46,837 bases of DNA from a virus (taxonomy: Duplodnaviria > Caudoviricetes), in the IMG/VR virus record IMGVR_UViG_3300048598_000525, positions 1 to 46,837 of that record. One strand, given 5' to 3'. The notes beneath the pieces are model-generated. The model was not told the origin of the DNA. It made no database searches and saw only the letters and a list, made by a program, of their open reading frames with translations. A program made the translations under genes and the position numbers. Numbering within the stretch: position 1 is the first letter of the stretch; each line of letters starts with the position of its first letter. Below are positions 15,039 to 24,678 of this stretch, piece after piece.

Positions 15039-16714
15039 TGCTCCTTCGCCCACGCCAAGAAGTTTTTGTGCAAAATTGCGTTGCAGCGTTAAACGCGAAA
15101 GGCAATACGCTTGGCGTCGCTCCGACGGGTGCCGGCAAGACAATCATGCTTTCTGCTGCGACTGGCAAGATCCTACATGAGACGAGCGGTAAAGCCGCAA
15201 TTCTGGCGCACCGCGACGAACTTACGGCGCAGAACATCAAGAAGTTTTTGCGCGTTAATCCAGCGATCAGCACGTCGATTTACGACGCCAACAGCAAATC
15301 TTGGCGCGGTCGTGCGACATTCGCAATGGTGCCAACATTGGCCCGCCCTGATAATTTGGCAAAAATGCCGCCGCTGGATCTATTGGTGATTGATGAAGCT
15401 CATCACGCAGCGGCAAACAGCTATCGCCGAATTATTGATGAAGCGAAAGATAAAAACCCGAAGGTTATGATCTTCGGGCTTACAGCGACGCCAAATAGGG
15501 GCGACAAAAAAGCCTTACGCCCCGTGTTCGACAATGTCGGCGATCAAATCACGCTTTCAGAGCTTATTAAATCCGGCCATCTTGTCCCGCCGCGCACGTT
15601 TGTTGTCGATGTGGGTGTGCAAGACGAATTGCGCCAGGTACGCAAAACGGCCATCGATTTCGATATGAACGAAGTCGCCAAGATTATGGATAGGCCGATC
15701 GTGACGGAAGCGGTCGTTACTCATTGGCGCGAAAAAGCCGGGAACCGAAAGACGGTTGTTTTTTGTTCGACAATTGAACACGCTTTGCACGTTGTTGAGA
15801 GTTTTAGCGCGGCCGGAGTCGAGACAGTCGTTATTCATGGTGATATGTCGGACGGCGAACGCAAAGCGCAGCTTGACAAATATCAAAGAGGATCCGCGCA
15901 GGTCATTGTTAACGTCGCTGTTTTAACAGAGGGTTGGGATTATCCGCCGACATCATGTGTCATTCTTCTGCGTCCAAGCTCGTATAAATCAACAATGATC
16001 CAAATGATCGGTCGTGGTTTGCGCACCGTGGATCCGAACGAATTTCCTGGTCTTATTAAAACAGATTGTATCGTTCTGGATTTTGGAACGTCGACAATTT
16101 TGCATGGTTCTCTTGAGCAAGATGTGAACCTTGACGGACAAAAGCGCAAGGGCGAAGCCCCAACAAAGATTTGCCCTGAATGCAAAGCCATAGTTCCGCT
16201 TTCCTCTCACGAATGCGCGCTTTGCGGCTATCAGTTCCCAGCCAGTTCCGACAGCGAAGATGAAGATCGGCCGCCTCTTGAAAATTTTGCTCTAACCGAA
16301 ATCGACTTGCTGAAACAAAGCAGCTTTCGGTGGATCGATTTGTTTGGAGACGATGCCGCGCTTATGGCGTCTGGTTTTGTTGCTTGGGCGGCCGTGTTTT
16401 GGCTCGATGGCCTTTGGCATGCGATTGGGGGTTATGAGCGTCAGGTGAACCGTCTTGGATCCGGCGATCGTATTGTGATGATGGCCGTTGCCGACGACTT
16501 TCTAAACGAACATGAAAGCAGTGAAAGCGCGTATAAAACTCGCCGTTGGCTAAACGAGCCCGCAAGTGAAAAGCAACTGAACTTGCTCGGCCAAGAAGCG
16601 CGGCTGGATTTCAGTATGACCAAATATCGCGCGTCTTGCTTGCTTAATTTCCGTTTCAACAAAGGCCGGATCAAGCAGCTGGTCGGTGAAGCAACTATGG
16701 GGAGGGCAGCGTGA
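15038..16714 (+). CDS. SF2 DEAH helicase with a Zn ribbon
   Basis: APTGAGKT, DEAHH, TATP, QMIGRGLR, CPEC..CALC. Confidence 0.92.
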   Translation: MLLRPRQEVFVQNCVAALNAKGNTLGVAPTGAGKTIMLSAATGKILHETSGKAAILAHRDELTAQNIKKFLRVNPAISTSIYDANSKSWRGRATFAMVPTLARPDNLAKMPPLDLLVIDEAHHAAANSYRRIIDEAKDKNPKVMIFGLTATPNRGDKKALRPVFDNVGDQITLSELIKSGHLVPPRTFVVDVGVQDELRQVRKTAIDFDMNEVAKIMDRPIVTEAVVTHWREKAGNRKTVVFCSTIEHALHVVESFSAAGVETVVIHGDMSDGERKAQLDKYQRGSAQVIVNVAVLTEGWDYPPTSCVILLRPSSYKSTMIQMIGRGLRTVDPNEFPGLIKTDCIVLDFGTSTILHGSLEQDVNLDGQKRKGEAPTKICPECKAIVPLSSHECALCGYQFPASSDSEDEDRPPLENFALTEIDLLKQSSFRWIDLFGDDAALMASGFVAWAAVFWLDGLWHAIGGYERQVNRLGSGDRIVMMAVADDFLNEHESSESAYKTRRWLNEPASEKQLNLLGQEARLDFSMTKYRASCLLNFRFNKGRIKQLVGEATMGRAA

Positions 16715-17016
16715 AAACCAAACAACAGGATAATTGGAAAAACCCGTTTCCAGAATTTATTGTTAAACGTCTTGACTTCCGAGATGGTGCTTTCGAGGCA
16801 GAAGTGTCGCATCCGTTATATTCAGAGCGTTATTGTGGTGGGTTTCATGGACGAGGCGTAAATCCAACAAAAGCAGTAGAAAATGCGGTTCTAAATTTCA
16901 AGAATGAGATGCTTGAAACTATAAAAAAGCAAATTTCTTTCTCACAGGACTTATTAGACAAGTTTAATAAGATTTTTTCTGAAACAAAAATTTCCTCACA
17001 GAAGAGGAAAAAGTGA
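16711..17016 (+). CDS. AT-rich hypothetical protein
   Basis: GTGA overlaps at both ends. Confidence 0.5.
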   Translation: MKTKQQDNWKNPFPEFIVKRLDFRDGAFEAEVSHPLYSERYCGGFHGRGVNPTKAVENAVLNFKNEMLETIKKQISFSQDLLDKFNKIFSETKISSQKRKK

Positions 17017-17351
17017 CATGCGCAATTTGTCTTCGCAAAGATCGTGGTTTTGGTTTTTCTCCACGATTGATCGGATTTCGCAATCAACAAGATGCGAAGT
17101 TTTGCAGCATGAAATGTCTAAATCTGTATGCGGCTCTTTTCAAGAAAGGAAACGGCATGGTTGACCTAACTGACTTTGAACGCGCCGCAATCCAATCGTG
17201 CTTGAAGCCTCTCGGCGAATGCGTTGCCGAAATTGGCATGGACAAGCCGTTGTCTGCGTACACGAAAGATCAGGTTCTTGCTCTGATCGAGGTCGTTGTG
17301 GAGGCCTATCAAACTGAAATGCGCAAAGGTAGCCCGGAGGTGCCATTCTGA
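17013..17351 (+). CDS. DUF6511-like phage protein
   Basis: CAIC..RGFG..FCSMKC; GECVAEIGMDKPL; ends EVPF. Confidence 0.65.
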   Translation: MTCAICLRKDRGFGFSPRLIGFRNQQDAKFCSMKCLNLYAALFKKGNGMVDLTDFERAAIQSCLKPLGECVAEIGMDKPLSAYTKDQVLALIEVVVEAYQTEMRKGSPEVPF

Positions 17352-18115
17352 TGTTGGATTTTAATCATGGCGCGACACTTCCGCAGGACGATCCAAGAGC
17401 GGCCCCGATCATAGACAGGATCAACGACCTGATCGATGTCGGCATGATCGCTGCCAAGAAACAAGAAAAACAACGCGATTACCTTGGCGCTTCTATGCTT
17501 GGGCACGAGTGCAAGCGCCATATTCAATACGAATTTACGAGAACGCCCAAAGATCCTGATACGGACTTTACGGGCAAGCAACTGCGCATTTTTGACGCCG
17601 GGCATCAATTCGAGGCACTATCTGTCAAGTGGTTTCGACAAGCTGGCTTTACATTGCTCACAGAAAAGCCCAACGGGCAGCAATTCGGATTTTCTGTCGC
17701 AAAAGGCCGCATTAGCGGACATATAGATGGCGTTTTGGTGGATGGCCCAAGCTGGATGAAATACCCGGCTTTGTGGGAACATAAGGCGCTTAATGAAAAA
17801 AACTGGCAGGACGTTTCTAAAAAAGGACTGTCCGTTTCAAAGCCGATCTATGCGGCGCAGGTGGCTCTTTATCAAGGGTATATGCCTGACCTTGCTCAAA
17901 ATCCCGCGCTGTTTACTGCCTTAAACAAAAACACCGAAGAGCTTTATCACGAACTTGTTCCGTTCGACACCGCTCTTGCTCAAAGCACGAGCGATAAAGC
18001 CGTTGACATCTTGCGATCGACAGACGCCGGGATCCTGATGCCGCGCATGGCCGCTAATTCTACGCATTTCGGCTGCAAGTTCTGTCCATATTTCAAACGG
18101 TGCTGGCAGCAATGA
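17351..18115 (+). CDS. Cas4-like PD-(D/E)XK exonuclease with Fe-S cysteines
   Basis: YLGAS.LG..C.R, GHIDG, WEHK, Y.AQ..LY, CKFCPY..RC. Confidence 0.8.
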   Translation: MLDFNHGATLPQDDPRAAPIIDRINDLIDVGMIAAKKQEKQRDYLGASMLGHECKRHIQYEFTRTPKDPDTDFTGKQLRIFDAGHQFEALSVKWFRQAGFTLLTEKPNGQQFGFSVAKGRISGHIDGVLVDGPSWMKYPALWEHKALNEKNWQDVSKKGLSVSKPIYAAQVALYQGYMPDLAQNPALFTALNKNTEELYHELVPFDTALAQSTSDKAVDILRSTDAGILMPRMAANSTHFGCKFCPYFKRCWQQ

Positions 18116-20274
18116 CAGTCCTTGATTTCAATGATGCGCGACAAATCCGCGAGAAACCACAGATTGACGTCAACTTGCTCAAAGGGAAGTTGGAAGACAA
18201 TTATCAGTCTGTCCTTTTCCATCTTTTGCCAGGCGGACGCTTTGATGGCGATGAATTTGTTTGTGGGGATCTGACTGGCCGCGCCGGCAACAGCCTCAAG
18301 ATCAATACGCGAAAAGACAAGATGGGCGTTGGCGAAGATTTTGCCACAGGCGAAAAATTCGGCGATCTGATTGATATTTGGAAAGCCGTTCGTCGTGTTG
18401 ATTTTCCGACGGCTGTTCAAGATGCTGCGTCTTTCTTGAGCATGAACGATTTGCATGTTCAGGATCGGCCGCGAACCAAAAAGCCAGCTATCGAACTTGG
18501 CGCGCCAACCGCGCAATACAACTACACCGATGCAAACGGCATCATTCAGCTTGTCGTCTATCGTCACGAATATGTTGACGACAAGGGCGAACAGAAAAAG
18601 ACGTTTAAGATATGGAACGCCGTTGATCGTAAGTGGGAATCCCCCAAAAGCAACCGACCCCTTTACAACATGCCGAACGTTGTTGCATCGGACACCGTGA
18701 TTTTAACCGAAGGCGAGAAAGCCGCGGATGCGCTGATTGCCGCCGGCATTGCTGCAACAAGCGCAATGGGCGGAGCCAAGGCGCCAACAGAGAAAACAGA
18801 CTGGTCGCCGTTATCCGGAAAGAGGGTCGTGATCTGGCCTGATAACGATCCGCCTGGGATGTCTTATGCTCTTGCAGCCGCGCAAGCGATCAGGGCGGCC
18901 GGAGCGGCCAGCGTGTTGATTATGCCGATACCGCCAGGCAAGGCAGAAGGATGGGATGCGGCCGACGCGGCTGTCGAAGGCATCAACCTGTCCCAGTACG
19001 TCGCCGAGGCCCAAGAAAAGGCGTCGCCAGCGCCAACCGAAGCCCCAGCGCCAGCGTTGCCTTTCAATATCACTGATTGGGCTGCCAAACGCTTCAAGAA
19101 GGGCGAGGCGCGTGGTTACAAGTGGCTTGTCGAAGGCGTTATACCACTTGGCACGGCGGGCATGCTTGCGGCTCTTGGTGGCGTTGGCAAGGGGCTTCTG
19201 ACGCTCGATCTTGCTGTCAAGGTGGCCTGTCCCGTGCATCCGTCAGGCGGGATCCTTGACATATCTTCATGCGCATTTGGCGGGCCTGTTCGCAATCATG
19301 GCGCCGCGGTGATATTCACGGCCGAAGACGACCAGGACGAAATGCACCGTCGTCTTGATCGGTTGGATCCAGATTGTCGGCGCGATGCGCCTGATGCTCG
19401 ACTTTTCATTGTGCCTTTGCCGAATGCCGGTGGCCCAATGCCATTTGTCGGGACTGGTCGCAATGGCCCACACACGACGCCATTATGGGACGCGACGCGC
19501 CAGCAACTTCTTGCCATTCAAGATTTGCGCCTAATTGTTTTTGATCCGCTTGCCAGCTTCGTTCATGCCGACATTAATGCGGATCCTGCCGTTGGCGCTT
19601 TCGTTACCGGGCTTTTTGCGTCTCTTGCGACGGAAACGGGCGCGGCCGTAATGGTCTGCCATCACATGACGAAAGGCAGCAGCAAGACAGACGTGATAAC
19701 GCCGGAAACAGCCCGTGACATGGTGCGCGGATCCTCGGCCCTGGTCGATGGGTTGCGCTGGGTTTACGCGATGTGGTCAGCGGCCGAAGACGAAGGCAAG
19801 CGCGTTTGTCGCAAGCTGTCCGTTGATTGGACACGCAAAACTGTTTGCAAGGGCTCTGTGGTGAAGTCAAACGCTCCGGCGGATGAAACGGTGCGGACGT
19901 TCGTTCGCGCGCCTGTGTCGGGCTTGTTGGTCGATCGTACAGCTGAATTGAGAGGTTCGCAGCTCGATCTTGACGAAGTCTCTATTCAAATCATTGCAGC
20001 AATCAAAAAGGCATCCGAAGACGGCATGCCTTACACGCAACACGGGCCAAATAGCCTTTATGCCAGACGCAACGAGCTTCCCACTGAACTTCAAGATCTA
20101 AGTCGTCGGAAGATCGAAGAGGCCATCGTTCAGACGCTTCTGAATGATCAAAAGATCGTCAAAGCTGTCGCGAAGGGGAGCAAGACAGCTCAATGGCTCG
20201 ACGTTCCAAAGGGCCCGTTTGCGATCGGTGTTGGAGAATTTTCGACGGGAGCAAAAGCCTATGAAAGTAATTAG
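18112..20274 (+). CDS. Primase-helicase (Toprim + AAA_25/RepA-like)
   Basis: TEGEKAADA, WPDND..G, GWDAAD Toprim; GGVGKG Walker A, VFDPL, HHMTK, RGSSAL. Confidence 0.88.
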   Translation: MTVLDFNDARQIREKPQIDVNLLKGKLEDNYQSVLFHLLPGGRFDGDEFVCGDLTGRAGNSLKINTRKDKMGVGEDFATGEKFGDLIDIWKAVRRVDFPTAVQDAASFLSMNDLHVQDRPRTKKPAIELGAPTAQYNYTDANGIIQLVVYRHEYVDDKGEQKKTFKIWNAVDRKWESPKSNRPLYNMPNVVASDTVILTEGEKAADALIAAGIAATSAMGGAKAPTEKTDWSPLSGKRVVIWPDNDPPGMSYALAAAQAIRAAGAASVLIMPIPPGKAEGWDAADAAVEGINLSQYVAEAQEKASPAPTEAPAPALPFNITDWAAKRFKKGEARGYKWLVEGVIPLGTAGMLAALGGVGKGLLTLDLAVKVACPVHPSGGILDISSCAFGGPVRNHGAAVIFTAEDDQDEMHRRLDRLDPDCRRDAPDARLFIVPLPNAGGPMPFVGTGRNGPHTTPLWDATRQQLLAIQDLRLIVFDPLASFVHADINADPAVGAFVTGLFASLATETGAAVMVCHHMTKGSSKTDVITPETARDMVRGSSALVDGLRWVYAMWSAAEDEGKRVCRKLSVDWTRKTVCKGSVVKSNAPADETVRTFVRAPVSGLLVDRTAELRGSQLDLDEVSIQIIAAIKKASEDGMPYTQHGPNSLYARRNELPTELQDLSRRKIEEAIVQTLLNDQKIVKAVAKGSKTAQWLDVPKGPFAIGVGEFSTGAKAYESN

Positions 20275-20344
20275 CATGGTCGAGTTTTGGGATGTCGTTG
20301 GTCGTCTTTTCGGGCGTCTGAAATCTGCTTTTCGCGTCTCTAAT

Positions 20345-20524
20345 CCGTTCCCGTTTCCATCGTTACCACTGGTAACGAAAAAAGTGGTAACGGGAAATAG
20401 TTATATAAATCATATAATTAGCCGTTACCAGTTACCAAAGGCGTTACCAGTACAACCCATTGATTTTATTACGTTTCCGGCGTTTCCATCCGGGGTATAT
20501 CCCCTACGGGGATATATACCCCCC
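20345..20524. repeat. Iteron-like CGTT(A/T)CCA repeats and a hairpin; candidate replication origin
   Basis: CGTTACCA-C-TGGTAACG (20361-20377), further copies at 20385, 20423, 20431, 20442; AT-rich spacer; GGGGTATATCCCC hairpin at 20492-20522. Confidence 0.55.
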
Positions 20525-20655
20525 ATACTGGGAATGGTCTGGGGGTTATATGCCATTGGTCATAGATTTTTTTTAAAGCGGTCACGCACAAAGTTTTTTC
20601 GTCATACGAAAATAAAAATACTTTCGTCACAGGTTTCGTTTGTAGGGGGTGTGGC

Positions 20656-20886
20656 ATGACCCCGTTCGCTAGTTTGTTTGCCGGATCCGGTATCCCGCTT
20701 TCTTCCGTGAATAACGATCAATGCCGTTGGCCCATCGATGGAGGCAAAGCAGGACATCCGCTTTGCTGTGGTGAACCGATTGTTGATTTCTGTCGCTACT
20801 GCGAACGCCACGCCAGGCTTGCATATCCTGATCATGGATTGCCAAAGGCGAATAGAAATTCACAAACTTACGAAGGTGCAAAATGA
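20656..20886 (+). CDS. GcrA-like protein (C-terminal domain only)
   Basis: QCRWPIDG...CCGEP....RYCERHARLAY. Confidence 0.75.
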   Translation: MTPFASLFAGSGIPLSSVNNDQCRWPIDGGKAGHPLCCGEPIVDFCRYCERHARLAYPDHGLPKANRNSQTYEGAK

Positions 20887-21308
20887 AGAGAAAAGACACA
20901 AGATTTGATGTTGTCGAAATCTCTGATCGTATCGATCAAGCGGCTGAAACACTGCGCAGGTTGCCGCCTGTGCGTGTGCGTGGCTATCGCAGCAATTGGC
21001 CGACGATCATCTACAGCGCAAACGAGGCTTATGGTTGGGAACCATCGAAGCATGTGAAGTCTATTCCGACAGGTCAAGAGATCGATGAGATGGAAGAGGT
21101 TGTCGATTGGTTTTTAAAAATTAAAAAGCAAAGCGAACTAACGCCATACGAAACCAAGTTGATTTGGTGGCGCGCATTTGGCGATAAGTGGGACGCAATC
21201 AAGTACAAAACAGGCTATGGCGAGACCAAATTGCGCGCTGATTGGAAAAGAGCGATCATAAAAACGATGCTTTTCGTGAATTTTATGGGGTCTAACTATA
21301 TGAAATGA
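20883..21308 (+). CDS. DUF6362-like putative late regulator (Q position)
   Basis: AAETLRRLPPVRVRGY.S.WP...EIDEMEEV..W...WWRA.G.KW; last early gene. Confidence 0.7.
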   Translation: MKRKDTRFDVVEISDRIDQAAETLRRLPPVRVRGYRSNWPTIIYSANEAYGWEPSKHVKSIPTGQEIDEMEEVVDWFLKIKKQSELTPYETKLIWWRAFGDKWDAIKYKTGYGETKLRADWKRAIIKTMLFVNFMGSNYMK

Positions 21309-21427
21309 TTCAATACTACCCTGCGCGGGGTTTTGTTGTGAGGGTTGTGAGGGTTTTATGGTAAAAGGAATTATACGATCGCAGAGGCGTACGCGCACTG
21401 CACAAACAATTTTCAACACGAAAAAAT

Positions 21428-21781
21428 ATGATCCGACCAACCGCCGCGCAGCGTGGTTACGGGCCCGATTGGCGTCGCCTTCGTGCGATTGTCCCTAAAA
21501 CGCCATGCGTTTGTTGCGGTGCCCCGTGGACAAGTAGGCATAACCTAGATCACAGGATTGCGCGTGCGGTTGGCGGAACTGACGACCCGACAAATCTGCA
21601 ATGGCTTTGCCATGATTGCCACAGCGCCAAGACAGCAACACATGATGGTGGATTTGGCAATAGGCGCAACGCACAGTATGTGCGCGTGATCGTGCGCGGA
21701 TGCGATACGACAGGCCGACCAACCGACCCTAATCATCCGTGGAATGCGAAGGCATCCACAAGCCACACAGATGGCGCGTGA
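21428..21781 (+). CDS. Packaging-associated HNH endonuclease
   Basis: AAQRGYG..W, CVCC, LDH, NLQWLCHDCHSAKT, GCD..G.P.DPNHPWN. Confidence 0.88.
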   Translation: MIRPTAAQRGYGPDWRRLRAIVPKTPCVCCGAPWTSRHNLDHRIARAVGGTDDPTNLQWLCHDCHSAKTATHDGGFGNRRNAQYVRVIVRGCDTTGRPTDPNHPWNAKASTSHTDGA

Positions 21782-21943
21782 TGAGGCATTGGTTCGGAGG
21801 TGCCGACGCAGCGGGCACAGAAGCGCAGCGCAATGACAGGCCAACACGGAGGGGATAGGGGGTGTAAATCCTCACGGCCCACAGGGGCCAAGACCGTGTG
21901 GGGCCTCAATTCGCACAACCGCAGTTGAAAGGAAAAAGGGTAA

Positions 21944-22408
21944 ATGGCAAATCCCCGGACGCCGACGCACCTGAAATTGGTGACGGGCAATCCAGGCAAA
22001 AGGGCCATGCCCAAAAACGAGCCGAAGCCGAAACGAAAAATGCCGGCACGGCCGCCCCATTTGTCCGAAGGGGCAAAGAAGGCTTGGAACCAATTATCGA
22101 AGTTGCTTTTCCGAATGGGTGTTCTGACGGAGGCCGACGGCTTCGCCTTGGAACAGCTTTGTGAAACGCGCGCCGAAATTTTAGAGGCTCAACAGACGAT
22201 AGCCGAAGAAGGACGTTATCAGCACGTTACGACTAAAGCCGGCGGGGAAATGATCCGGCTTCATCCGGCCGTCACTCAAAAGGGCGACGCAGAGCGCCGC
22301 TATCGTGCGTGGCTAAATGAATTCGGACTGACTCCTGCGGCTCGATCGAAAGTGAAGGCGGCAGAAGAAAATGACCCGGAAGATCCGACAGAAAAATACT
22401 TTGCCTGA
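21944..22408 (+). CDS. terS: Terminase small subunit (P27 family)
   Basis: PTHLKLVTGNPGKR, HPAV, EFGLTPAARSKV. Confidence 0.9.
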   Translation: MANPRTPTHLKLVTGNPGKRAMPKNEPKPKRKMPARPPHLSEGAKKAWNQLSKLLFRMGVLTEADGFALEQLCETRAEILEAQQTIAEEGRYQHVTTKAGGEMIRLHPAVTQKGDAERRYRAWLNEFGLTPAARSKVKAAEENDPEDPTEKYFA

Positions 22409-24158
22409 TAAGGCTACAGATTACGCACGATCAGTTATTGCCGGCGAGACGGTTGCCGGGCCATCCATAAGGGCGGCATGTAAACGCCATTTGGATGATT
22501 TGGTCGATGGCCCGAAGCGTGGTTTTGTTTGGGACATTGTGGCCGCAAATCGGGTTATCGGTTTTTTCCACGATGTATTGAGGTTAAACGGCGGCGAACA
22601 CGAAGGACGACCGTTTGATGTCGAGCCTTGGGAAGCGTTTGTTTTAGGAAGTTTGTTCGGCTGGAAGAATGCCGACGGCTACAGACGCTTTCGCGTCGCA
22701 TTTATCGAAACAGGGAAAGGATCTGGTAAAAGCCCATTAGCCGCCGGCATTGGGATTTATATGCTTGTCGCGGACGATGAGCCGCGCGCGGAAGTGTATG
22801 CGGCCGCGACGAAACGCGATCAGGCGATGATTTTGTTTCGTGACGCTGTTGCGATGGTAGATCAGTCGCCAAAGCTCAAGCAAAAGCTGACGAAGTCCGG
22901 AACTGGCTTGAACGCATGGAACCTTGCCTATTTAGAAACAGGTTCATTTTTCCGGCCGATTAGTTCGGAGAACACAGGTAAAGGCCAATCGGGCCCACGA
23001 CCGCATTGTGCGTTGCTCGATGAGGTGCATGAACATCCGACCAACGCAATTGTTGAGTTTATGCGCGCCGGTACAAAGGGCCGCCGCCAGGCGTTGATCT
23101 TTATGATCACGAATAGCGGAACAAGCCGGACATCGGTTTGTTATGAATATCACGACTACGGATGCAAGGTCAGTCGTGGCGACATTAAGGACGATACGTT
23201 TTTTTCATTCGTTTGTGATTTGGATGAAGGCGACGATCCATTTAAAGACAAGGCTTGTTGGAAAAAGGTGAACCCTACGTTGGGCATCACCATTCGCGAA
23301 GATTATTTAGAGGAACAAGTTACACAAGCGCGCGGAATGCCATCGAAAGAAGGCATCGTGCGTCGTTTGAACTTTTGTCAATGGACAGACGCAACAAGCC
23401 ATTGGGTTGGCGCCGACGTTTGGGATAAAGCACAAGTTGAATTTGACCCGGAAGAAATGCGTGGTCGCCCATTATTCTCGGCACTTGATCTTTCGAGCAA
23501 GCGCGACTTAACGGCGCGCGCTGACGTATGGATCGCACCCGATGGAACATTCGATGCGGATGTTCATTTTTGGACGCCGCTCGACACGATGGACGAACGA
23601 GCAAGAGCCGACAAGGTTCCTTATCGTGAATGGTCTGAAAGTGGTTTTTTGGAAGCTGTGCCAGGACGTGCAATCGATTATCAGTATCCGGCGCGATCAC
23701 TTGCGACGCTTAGTGCGGCTCACGACATGAGAGCATTGGCCTATGACCAATGGCGCATGGAAGATTTTCAGCGGGAATTGGATGATCTAGGCATCGATAC
23801 ATGGCTGTGGGAAGGCCCGGACGAACCTGTTGGTTCTGGTTTGTGCCTTGTTAGACACGGTCAGGGGTATCAAGGAGGAAGTGCAAAATATCTTCTTTGG
23901 ATGCCACGATCTGTTGAATTGCTGGAAGAAGCTCTGATGCAGGGAAAATTACGGATCAGGCAAAATCCAGTTCTTACATACAATTCATCTTCGGCTGTTC
24001 TTGTTCCTGATCCCGCGGGAAATCGCAAATGGGAAAAGCGGAAAAGCACTGGTCGAATTGACGGAATAGTTGCTCTTTGCATGGCTGTTGCAGCGGCGTC
24101 TTTTCTCGGTGATGCCGATGGAAGCGTTTATGAGGAGCGAGGTCTAATTATCGTCTAA
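22371..24158 (+). CDS. terL: Terminase large subunit (start may be TTG 22401)
   Basis: GKGSGKS, LLDEVHEH, ITNSG, LDLSSKRDLTA, GRIDGIVA. Confidence 0.95.
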   Translation: MTRKIRQKNTLPDKATDYARSVIAGETVAGPSIRAACKRHLDDLVDGPKRGFVWDIVAANRVIGFFHDVLRLNGGEHEGRPFDVEPWEAFVLGSLFGWKNADGYRRFRVAFIETGKGSGKSPLAAGIGIYMLVADDEPRAEVYAAATKRDQAMILFRDAVAMVDQSPKLKQKLTKSGTGLNAWNLAYLETGSFFRPISSENTGKGQSGPRPHCALLDEVHEHPTNAIVEFMRAGTKGRRQALIFMITNSGTSRTSVCYEYHDYGCKVSRGDIKDDTFFSFVCDLDEGDDPFKDKACWKKVNPTLGITIREDYLEEQVTQARGMPSKEGIVRRLNFCQWTDATSHWVGADVWDKAQVEFDPEEMRGRPLFSALDLSSKRDLTARADVWIAPDGTFDADVHFWTPLDTMDERARADKVPYREWSESGFLEAVPGRAIDYQYPARSLATLSAAHDMRALAYDQWRMEDFQRELDDLGIDTWLWEGPDEPVGSGLCLVRHGQGYQGGSAKYLLWMPRSVELLEEALMQGKLRIRQNPVLTYNSSSAVLVPDPAGNRKWEKRKSTGRIDGIVALCMAVAAASFLGDADGSVYEERGLIIV

Positions 24159-24168
24159 GGGGAAAAGA

Positions 24169-24660
24169 ATGGGTCGGATGCCATCAACTCGCGATCGGCG
24201 TTGCGTTAGAGCAGCGGATTTCGGAACACGGGAACAATGGCGCCGACTTAATCTTCAAGTGCATGAAACAGCGCGCGCAGGGATTTGTGTCGTGCGCGAT
24301 GCTGACGAATCCGTTCTTGATGTTTTCGTTGCGCGCGGGTTGCTCGAACCAGAAGAACGTGATGCAGGTCTTGAGCTTCGTCGGGATTATGAGAAAGCCA
24401 AGTTAAGACATTCCGTTGTTTCAAGTTATTCGTCTGTTAGAAGTCCCTACAATCCATATGGATCTAGCAGTGATAGGACTGACGAAGAGGAAGCTGCATA
24501 TAAACGCTGGCGCGAAGCTCTGCGTTTTGCCGGTTCGGTTTGTAGCAATGTGCTTGTGACAGTTGCTTGCGATGATATGTACCCAATTGATGATCAAAAG
24601 AAGTTTTTGAAGCATGGCCTTCGATCACTTGTTAAATGGTATTGCGAATACGCGAATTAA
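24169..24660 (+). CDS. DUF6456-like protein
   Basis: LD....RGLL....DAG..LRRDYEKA...V..SY...A..RWREAL..AG....VLV.VAC...L..GL..L..WY. Confidence 0.6.
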   Translation: MGRMPSTRDRRCVRAADFGTREQWRRLNLQVHETARAGICVVRDADESVLDVFVARGLLEPEERDAGLELRRDYEKAKLRHSVVSSYSSVRSPYNPYGSSSDRTDEEEAAYKRWREALRFAGSVCSNVLVTVACDDMYPIDDQKKFLKHGLRSLVKWYCEYAN

Positions 24661-24678
24661 GAAATTTATGAGGATAGG

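Noticed and set aside
17351-18115. Cas4-like nuclease as a sign of CRISPR-Cas
   Set aside because: No repeat-spacer array or other cas genes seen; it sits in a standard phage replication module.
20144-20659. 171-aa ORF after the primase
   Set aside because: It overlaps the primase and the repeat region and shows no recognisable motif; probably non-coding, although a shorter ORF from 20261 cannot be excluded.
21850-21930. Exact cos site
   Set aside because: Position between HNH and terS and the G-runs are suggestive, but the cut site cannot be defined from sequence alone.
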